33,725 nucleotides of DNA from Desulfonatronovibrionaceae bacterium (GTDB taxonomy: Bacteria; Desulfobacterota; Desulfovibrionia; Desulfovibrionales; Desulfonatronovibrionaceae): contig JBKHGE010000023.1 in NCBI GenBank assembly GCA_046539845.1, positions 1 through 33,725 of the forward strand, given 5' to 3'. A program made the translations under genes and the position numbers. Positions 27,107 to 33,725 of this stretch are shown here, in pieces. The notes under the pieces were generated by a model that did no database searches, was not told the origin of the DNA, and saw nothing but the letters and a program-made list of their open reading frames with translations. Each line of letters opens with the position of its first letter. Position 1 is the first letter of the stretch.

Positions 27107-27255
27107 TTTTGTTTAGAAGATAACATAATTCAGGGAAACGGGGCGATCCTCAGGTCGGGCGGATAGTTTCTGGAGGTGGACTTTCCTTCCTGAGGCGGCA
27201 TTTCGTGCCCATTGAAGATGCTTTTAGACAAAAATACATTTTTACAGGAGTTGAT

Positions 27256-28464
27256 ATGACCAGGAATGACACTGTTTCCAGAGTTAAGGTGGAGAATCTG
27301 TATAAAATATTTGGAAGCGGAGATCTTAACCAGGCCTATGAGCTCGTGGGCAAAGGGGAAAGTAAGGACGAAATCTTTGCCAAGACCGGCCTGACCATCG
27401 GGGTTAAGGATGCCTGTTTCGAGGTCAAGGGCAACGAGATATTCGTGGTTATGGGCCTGTCCGGCTCGGGCAAATCCACTCTGGTCCGTATGCTTAACAG
27501 ACTTATCGAGCCTACCAGCGGCACGGTTCTTATCGAAGGCAATGATATCAGCAAGCTGAATAATGAGGAGCTTGTCCAGCTCAGGCGTGATTATATGAGC
27601 ATGGTCTTTCAGTCCTTTGCCCTTTTGCCGCATCTAACAGTCGCACAGAACGCCGCCCTGGGTTTGGCCATGGCCGGGCGTCCGACAGATGAACAGGAAA
27701 AAAGGGCCATGGAGGTTTTGGAGATGGTCGGGCTCAAGGCCAATGCAAACAGCTACCCATCGGAACTCTCCGGGGGTATGCAACAGAGAGTGGGGTTGGC
27801 CCGCGGTCTGGCAACCGATCCGGATATTATGCTCATGGACGAGGCGTTTTCCGCACTTGACCCCTTGATCCGCGCCCAGATGCAGGACGAGTTGTTGCGT
27901 ATTCAGGAAGAGAACCCGCGCACGATTGTTTTTATTTCTCATGACTTGGACGAGGCCATCCGCATCGGAGACAGGATAGCGATCATGGATGCCGGGGAGA
28001 TCGTCCAGATCGGCACCCCGGAAGAAATCCTCAAGGACCCGGCCAATGATTATGTCCGCTCTTTTTTCCGCGGGGTGGATCCAACCATGGTCTTTACCGC
28101 CAGGGAAATAGCCGCGGACCATTATGAGACCATAATCCGGCACAAGGGAGTCGGTCCGAGGAGCGCCCTGGAGCAGCTTTATCACAGTGATGCCCATGTA
28201 GGATATATATTGAACAGCAGGAAGCAGTATGAGGGTATGGTGTCCGCAACCAGGCTCAAGGAGGTGGTCGAGCGTAGCGGCTCTTTGGAAGAGGCGTTCG
28301 TGGACTATGTCTCGCCGGTGGGCTGCGACGAATATCTGCAGGACGTGCTGGAGAAGATCACCAATTCTGAATATCCAGTGCCGGTGGTGAATGAAGACAA
28401 TGTCTATCAGGGGGCCATATCCAGGCGGCGTTTTTTGAAGACACTTGTCAAGTCCGAAGTTTAG
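27256..28464 (+). CDS. proV: Glycine betaine/proline ABC transporter ATP-binding subunit with C-terminal CBS-like region
   Basis: MGLSGSGKSTL, VFQSFAL, LSGGMQQRVGLAR, LMDEAFSALDPLIR, SHDLDEA; ATG 27256 preceded by AGGAG. Confidence 0.95.
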   Translation: MTRNDTVSRVKVENLYKIFGSGDLNQAYELVGKGESKDEIFAKTGLTIGVKDACFEVKGNEIFVVMGLSGSGKSTLVRMLNRLIEPTSGTVLIEGNDISKLNNEELVQLRRDYMSMVFQSFALLPHLTVAQNAALGLAMAGRPTDEQEKRAMEVLEMVGLKANANSYPSELSGGMQQRVGLARGLATDPDIMLMDEAFSALDPLIRAQMQDELLRIQEENPRTIVFISHDLDEAIRIGDRIAIMDAGEIVQIGTPEEILKDPANDYVRSFFRGVDPTMVFTAREIAADHYETIIRHKGVGPRSALEQLYHSDAHVGYILNSRKQYEGMVSATRLKEVVERSGSLEEAFVDYVSPVGCDEYLQDVLEKITNSEYPVPVVNEDNVYQGAISRRRFLKTLVKSEV

Positions 28465-28587
28465 GGGCAAAGGGCAGGTCGGTCCGAGCGGAGCGCTTTC
28501 CAGGCGTCCGGGGACACTTGATGTCCTTAGTTTGTCTCGGGCCGGCTACGGCCTTTCGTTTGTTTCAAGAGTTCAAGCAAGGAGGAA

Positions 28588-29430
28588 ATGATGCTGAATA
28601 TATTTGATTGGTTTACCCTGCCGTTGGAAAATTGGGTGGAGACAGGAGTGGACTGGCTGGTAACCAATTACCGCTTTATTTTTCAGGCCATTAAATGGCC
28701 GATTGATAAGGTGCTAGTGGCCATCAGGGATTTTTTGCTCTGGGTCAATCCGGTCGTGGTAATTGCGGTCATGGTCGGTATAGCCTGGAAGTATGCCTCG
28801 CGTGGGGTGGCTGTGTTCACTTTGCTCGCCCTTCTTTTGCTCGGCTATACCGGGGTTTGGGAAGAGGCCATGATCACTTTGTCCATGATCCTGGCTTCTG
28901 TGATCTTCTGTATAGTGGTAGGGATTCCTCTGGGCATTTTGTTGTCTCAGAGCGACAGGCTGGCCGGAGTGATCCGGCCGGTGCTGGATATAATGCAGAG
29001 CACCCCGGCCTTCGTGTATCTGGTGCCCGTGGTCATGCTCTTCAGTATCGGGACCGTGGCCGGAGTCATCGCCACTATTGTCTTTGCCATCCCCCCGACC
29101 ATTAAGCTTACCAATCTGGGGATTAGGCAGGTGCACCCGGAACTCATCGAGGCCGGCCTGGCCTGCGGGGCCACAAGAAAACAGATACTGCTCCGCATCC
29201 AGCTGCCCCTGGCCAAACAGACCATTATGGCCGGGCTGAACCAGACCATTATGCTTTCTTTGGCCATGGTGGTCATCGCTTCGCTTATCGGGGCCGGCGG
29301 TCTGGGCGTGCTCGTGTTCGAGGGTGTAAACAGCATGCGGGTAGGACTGGCAGTTATCGGCGGACTGGGCATTGTCCTTATAGCCATTGTCTTGGACCGC
29401 ATCACTCAGTCTCTGGCCGGCAAAAGATAG
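28588..29430 (+). CDS. proW: Glycine betaine/proline ABC transporter permease
   Basis: RPVLDIMQSTPAFVYLVP, LTNLGIRQV, EAA-like IEAGLACGA, MAGLNQTIMLSL, LDRITQ. Confidence 0.95.
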   Translation: MMLNIFDWFTLPLENWVETGVDWLVTNYRFIFQAIKWPIDKVLVAIRDFLLWVNPVVVIAVMVGIAWKYASRGVAVFTLLALLLLGYTGVWEEAMITLSMILASVIFCIVVGIPLGILLSQSDRLAGVIRPVLDIMQSTPAFVYLVPVVMLFSIGTVAGVIATIVFAIPPTIKLTNLGIRQVHPELIEAGLACGATRKQILLRIQLPLAKQTIMAGLNQTIMLSLAMVVIASLIGAGGLGVLVFEGVNSMRVGLAVIGGLGIVLIAIVLDRITQSLAGKR

Positions 29431-29444
29431 GCACGGAAGATATA

Positions 29445-29484
29445 ACGGGTTGGGCTTTTTTATACGGGCGCCCAATCCGTTTTT
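29445..29484 (+). terminator. Probable terminator after proW
   Basis: ACGGGTTGGGC-loop-GCCCAATCCGT followed by TTTT. Confidence 0.6.
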
Positions 29485-29623
29485 ACTTTAGGCCGCGAGG
29501 CGGTTTGTCTCCGGACACAGGATTAATGTGGCCTCTATTTCCGTTGCGGTGGTTGTGTTCACAGACTGTCGCGGCAGAATCCTCGGGGCCGAATCAGGGA
29601 GATAAAAAAATCAGGAGGTCAAA

Positions 29624-30247
29624 ATGGGCAGCAAGGAATCCATTCTGGAGAAGGTATATAACCCGGCGGACAAACAGGATCTTATGGCCGCATACAGCGA
29701 TTGGGCCGGGGAATATGATCGGGATACAGTGGATGAATTCGGCTATGTGGGGTTTAAGGCCTGTGCCGAGGTCCTGGACAGGCACCTGCAGGGGGATCCG
29801 GAGGTAAGGGTTCTGGACGCTGGCTGCGGGACTGGTCTGGTGGCGGAAATCCTTTGGCCCCGCGGATATATGACAATGGACGGCCTGGATTATTCCCGGG
29901 AAATGCTGGATCAGGCGGAGCGCAAAGGGGTGTACGCCAATCTGCTGCACGTGGACCTGACCCGGCCCCTGGATATCGAAGACAACGCTTACGGGGCCAT
30001 AGTCTGTGCCGGTACTCTGACATACGGCCATGTGGGCCCGGAGGTCTTTTCCGAGTTCATCCGGATCACCAGGCCCGGGGGCGTGGTTTGCTTTACCATC
30101 AGGGAAGGCGCCTATGAGGAATACGGTTTCCGCAATGAAATGCTGCGCCTGGAAACCGAAGGGGCCTGGGAGCTCTTAGAGATGCTGGATACAGAATATT
30201 ACAAAGGCAGGGTGGGGGCCAAAATCTGCGTGTACAGGATTTCCTAG
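29624..30247 (+). CDS. Class I SAM-dependent methyltransferase, substrate unknown (resembles METTL27/WBSCR27-like proteins)
   Basis: Y..WA..YD motif, VLDAGCGTGL, GLDYS.EML, GTLTYGHV, RPGG; AGGAGG RBS. Confidence 0.88.
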   Translation: MGSKESILEKVYNPADKQDLMAAYSDWAGEYDRDTVDEFGYVGFKACAEVLDRHLQGDPEVRVLDAGCGTGLVAEILWPRGYMTMDGLDYSREMLDQAERKGVYANLLHVDLTRPLDIEDNAYGAIVCAGTLTYGHVGPEVFSEFIRITRPGGVVCFTIREGAYEEYGFRNEMLRLETEGAWELLEMLDTEYYKGRVGAKICVYRIS

Positions 30248-30305
30248 CCGCTCTTAATTGTTAAAAAATCACCTGTCCCGCGGCCCGCTGATAGCTTTCG
30301 GGTTG

Positions 30306-32288
30306 TCAGCGGGGATTGTCCTGGATACCGGGCCCGGCGGGGATCGCGTTTTTCGAAAATTGGGTGGATGCCCCCAAAAATTTTTTCAGATCGCAGAGGT
30401 TAAGCGGTCTGGAAAAGAGAAAGCCTTGCAGAGCATCGCATCCGGCCCTGTAGACCATCCTTAGCTGTTCCCGTTCCTCTATGCCTTCGGCAATAACCTG
30501 AATATTAATGGCATGGGCCATATTGACTATACCCTCGAGTATGGCCCGGTTGTTGTGCGAGTTCTTGCTCTCGGAGATAAATGATTTGTCCACTTTTATA
30601 AAATCCACCGGTATATTTTTCAGGTGATTCAGGGAGGAATACCCGGTCCCAAAGTCATCCAGAGCGAATTTGATCCCTGTTTTCCGGATTTTTTCCAGCT
30701 TGGCTGCGTTTTTTGTATAATCGTCAAAAAGGGTGGATTCCGTGATCTCCAGCAAAAGGTTTTCCGGGGGAAAGTCGCCGGCCCGGAGGAAATCCTCAAG
30801 GTGTCTCATTATGGATTTGTGCTTAAATTGCCGGGGAGAGATATTCACACTTAAAAGGAAATCCGGGTTCTTTTGCACAAACGGCTTTATTTGCGACAAT
30901 GCCCTTTGCAGGACCCATTTACCCAAAGGCACTATAAGACCGGTTTCCTCGGCTATGGGTATGAATTTGGTTGGCGGGATGTGTGCGGCTGTGGCGTACT
31001 TCCATCTGAGTAGGGCCTCAGCTCCGTATATGCGGGTGGCGTCACAGGACAAAATCGGCTGATAGAAAAGTTCGAATTCCGCATTGTCCAGGGCCCGTCC
31101 GATCTCAATCTCCAGTTCCATATTCTCCACGGCTTGGTTGTACATCTTCTGGGTAAAGACCTTGTAGTGGCCTTTTTTGCTCTTTTTGGCCTTGTACATG
31201 GCCACATCTGCGTTGCGCAGCAGGTCCTCTTCGTTTTCGTTCCATTTACAATTCAAAACCACGCCGGTGCTCGTGGAGATGTATATCTCCTGATTGTCCA
31301 GGATAAACGGTTGCTGCATTTCCTTGTGGATGCGCTTCACTACTTTGATCACCTGGGCCCGGCTGTCTATGTTCTCTAAAAGAAGGATGAATTCGTCTCC
31401 TCCCAGGCGGCCCACGGTGTCGTATTCGCGCAACAGGCTGCTTAGCCGGCCGGCGACTTTTTTCAGCAGTTCGTCTCCGATGTGATGGCCCATGGAATCG
31501 TTTATGCGTTTGAAATTGTCCAGGTCCAACATGAGCAGGGCAAAATTGGGACGGCTGTTGCGGGAGTTTCTTTTTATGGCGTCTTTCAGTTTCTGCATCA
31601 GAAAAAAGCGGTTGGGCAACCGGGTGAGGGAATCATGAAAGGCCTGAATTGAGAGCTGCTTTTCCGAGTCCTCCAGCTTGCTGATCTTGTCCCGCAGGGT
31701 TTGGTACAATTCATAGTTTTCGATGCAGTTCGCCCCGCTGAGCATGAGTATCTTCAAGACCGAAAGCGCATAGTCCGGGATGGATTGGAAGCTGTCTTTG
31801 AGCACAGCCAGAAAAAGACCCCTTACCCGGGATGAGGTGGCCAGGATATGCACCAATAGCTCCTGGCCGTTGGTGGATAAATGGCGCAGGGGCTTTTTGT
31901 GCAGGATGGCCTGGGCCAGTTTGCGGGTCTCGATCAGGTTGTTTAGCTCTTGGTCCTGGTTGATAATATCCGTTTGTCCCTGTTCAAGGTACAGAACGAA
32001 TTCGTTGTCTTTGTCTATGAGGTAGATATAGCAGGCATCGACAGGGATGGTGTTTGAGCAGCCGTCTACAATCTTATCCAGAATGAGGTTTACACTGGAG
32101 AGCTTGCCAAAGCTCTCCTGGAAGTCTCCCAGCCGGACCACGTTTTCCATGGCCTCCAGTGTGTTTCTGTTCAGCCGGTCAAGGTAGTCGATCCTTTCTT
32201 TCAGGTAGCTGAGCGAATACTGGTCGGGGTTTTGTTTTTCGTCCTCTAGCGGCGGGGATTTTTCCGTTTCCATATTTTTAAATCCCAA
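30306..32288 (-). CDS. GGDEF-EAL c-di-GMP enzyme with an N-terminal GAF-like region (alternative start 32273)
   Basis: HDSLTRLPNR, DLDNFK.IND..GH, I-site REYD, GGDEF; EALLRW, EITES, DDFGTGYSSL, KVDKSF, AEGIE, QGFLFSRP. Confidence 0.94.
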   Translation of the reverse strand: MGFKNMETEKSPPLEDEKQNPDQYSLSYLKERIDYLDRLNRNTLEAMENVVRLGDFQESFGKLSSVNLILDKIVDGCSNTIPVDACYIYLIDKDNEFVLYLEQGQTDIINQDQELNNLIETRKLAQAILHKKPLRHLSTNGQELLVHILATSSRVRGLFLAVLKDSFQSIPDYALSVLKILMLSGANCIENYELYQTLRDKISKLEDSEKQLSIQAFHDSLTRLPNRFFLMQKLKDAIKRNSRNSRPNFALLMLDLDNFKRINDSMGHHIGDELLKKVAGRLSSLLREYDTVGRLGGDEFILLLENIDSRAQVIKVVKRIHKEMQQPFILDNQEIYISTSTGVVLNCKWNENEEDLLRNADVAMYKAKKSKKGHYKVFTQKMYNQAVENMELEIEIGRALDNAEFELFYQPILSCDATRIYGAEALLRWKYATAAHIPPTKFIPIAEETGLIVPLGKWVLQRALSQIKPFVQKNPDFLLSVNISPRQFKHKSIMRHLEDFLRAGDFPPENLLLEITESTLFDDYTKNAAKLEKIRKTGIKFALDDFGTGYSSLNHLKNIPVDFIKVDKSFISESKNSHNNRAILEGIVNMAHAINIQVIAEGIEEREQLRMVYRAGCDALQGFLFSRPLNLCDLKKFLGASTQFSKNAIPAGPGIQDNPR

Positions 32289-32378
32289 GGGGTGTTGTTT
32301 TTGTTTGCTGTTTAAAAAGGATCTTATTTACGGGCCGCACCGCGCTGCAGAGTTACCCCCCCGGTTTGGCCGGGGGAA

Positions 32379-33605
32379 TTAAAGGAGCGTGTCTATCATC
32401 TCCACGGCCCGGTACCGTGTCTGGGTGAACACAGTAGGGATAATTCCGGGAGAGAGCCCCAGGGTCTCCCAAATCCGGGGCGGGACAGACGGGATAAATT
32501 GGTTCCCGCTGTAGCCCATAAACAAAGCCTGGACCAGGGAATCAGCCAGCTGGACGATACCTATTTCCAGCCTGTAATCTGACTTCTCGAACCGGTGGTG
32601 AAAGCGCGCGGCCTGGACCAAAAATTCCGGAAGGCTCCACAGCTCCAGTATCTTTGCCCCTACCTGGCAGTGAGTAAACCCCCAGACTTCGTTTTCCATC
32701 GCGTGCAGGGGGATTCTTTTTTCCCGCGCCTGTTTGATGGCGTAGAGGGCGGCCCGGGGGTGATTCTTGAGCATGATCAGGCGGCCGATATCGTGCAGCA
32801 TGCCGGCGATCAGGTATCTATCCGGGGGGATGTTCTTTTCCTCGGCCAGGATCTCCGCCACAAGTCCACAGCCGATGCAGTGGCTCCAGAATTTGTGCAT
32901 ATCCATGACCTTTGCCGGGATATCCCTGAACATGGACATAACGCTTATACTCAGCGCGATTTTGCTGATTTCGTTTATGCCTACCAGGGTGACCGCCCGC
33001 TCCATAGTCTCGATTTTGCGCATCAGTCCGTAAACAGGGCTGTTTACCAGCCTGAGGACCTTGGCGCACAGACCGGGGTCGTTACCCAGAATCCGGGCTA
33101 GGTGATGCGAGGTGCATTTGGGGTCGTTGACCGCAGCCATAAGCCGGCTGAATATATCCGGGAGTGTGGCCAGGTTCTCGTCCTTGTGGATTAGCCTGTT
33201 CAAGTCCGGCCTTTCCAAGGCCTTTGAAAGGGGCTCCGGATCCATGTCCTGCCCAGCCACCGGCTCGAGCGGGTTGTTTTCCGGGTCTGCGGTCCACAGG
33301 ACTATATTTTTGAACACCTCCCGGTTGGCCGCTTCTTGGAAATCCCAGGTTGTAAAATAAGGCAGAAGTGCATCCCGGGTCTTTTTGATCTCTTCTCTGC
33401 TTGTCCCGCACTTGGGCTCAGCCTCGGCAGGGTTATTCTCCACCCGCAGGTGCCAGACCCCCCAGGCCTTGCACTTTTGGATATCCTTGACCGAAAGGGT
33501 CCTGCCCGGGGGAAACAGGAAACGACCCTGACCGGACCTTACTTCAGTAGCAGTGACCGCTCCGGGGGCGATTTTTGCAATGCTTACCAAAGGATACTCG
33601 GTCAT
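32379..33605 (-). CDS. HDOD-domain signal transduction protein
   Basis: LATLPDI, DPGLCAKVLRLVNSP.YG, FWSH, AGMLHDIGRL, GFTHCQVGA..LE.WSLP, HH. Confidence 0.92.
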   Translation of the reverse strand: MTEYPLVSIAKIAPGAVTATEVRSGQGRFLFPPGRTLSVKDIQKCKAWGVWHLRVENNPAEAEPKCGTSREEIKKTRDALLPYFTTWDFQEAANREVFKNIVLWTADPENNPLEPVAGQDMDPEPLSKALERPDLNRLIHKDENLATLPDIFSRLMAAVNDPKCTSHHLARILGNDPGLCAKVLRLVNSPVYGLMRKIETMERAVTLVGINEISKIALSISVMSMFRDIPAKVMDMHKFWSHCIGCGLVAEILAEEKNIPPDRYLIAGMLHDIGRLIMLKNHPRAALYAIKQAREKRIPLHAMENEVWGFTHCQVGAKILELWSLPEFLVQAARFHHRFEKSDYRLEIGIVQLADSLVQALFMGYSGNQFIPSVPPRIWETLGLSPGIIPTVFTQTRYRAVEMIDTLL

Positions 33606-33725
33606 TTTTCGGCCTTTTGTTGCTTTGCGAAAGGTGCAACCGCATTGGCTAACAATAATTTAAGAAATATTTTCACTGGTGTCCCAACAAACTTTTTTAG
33701 ACATTAGATAACTTACTATAATTTT

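Noticed and set aside
1..33725. CRISPR array, tRNA or rRNA genes, prophage or defence genes
   Set aside because: No regularly spaced repeats, cloverleaf or rRNA-like sequence, or such protein motifs were seen. The only long repeat similarity is between the two proX paralogues.

Overview
Bacterial chromosomal window. The gene content and protein styles suggest a halophilic sulfate-reducing Desulfovibrionales-type organism (inference). 1-2782: an MscS-cNMP channel gene broken by a complete IS200/IS605 element (divergent tnpA/tnpB, TTAT target, TCAA right end), with the middle of the channel gene missing. 3.1-13.4 kb: housekeeping genes (rnhA, PMM/PGM, hflKC, lipBA) and an apparent remnant of a formate dehydrogenase locus (REC-STAS regulator, 5'-truncated PAS histidine kinase, mobA, fdhE). 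13.4-30.2 kb is the main system, an osmoadaptation island. A tightly packed minus-strand operon, metF-metK-adenosine kinase-gsmt-sdmt-metH-ahcY, couples de novo glycine betaine synthesis by glycine methylation to a complete SAM regeneration cycle. It is followed by two ProX paralogues (one soluble, one lipoprotein) and a DMT transporter. Across a ~1.45 kb, partly very AT-rich control region lie divergent proV-proW and an orphan class I methyltransferase. The window ends with HDOD and GGDEF-EAL signalling genes. No rRNA, tRNA or CRISPR array was seen. All calls come from reading the sequence and from motif recognition; no database search was run.
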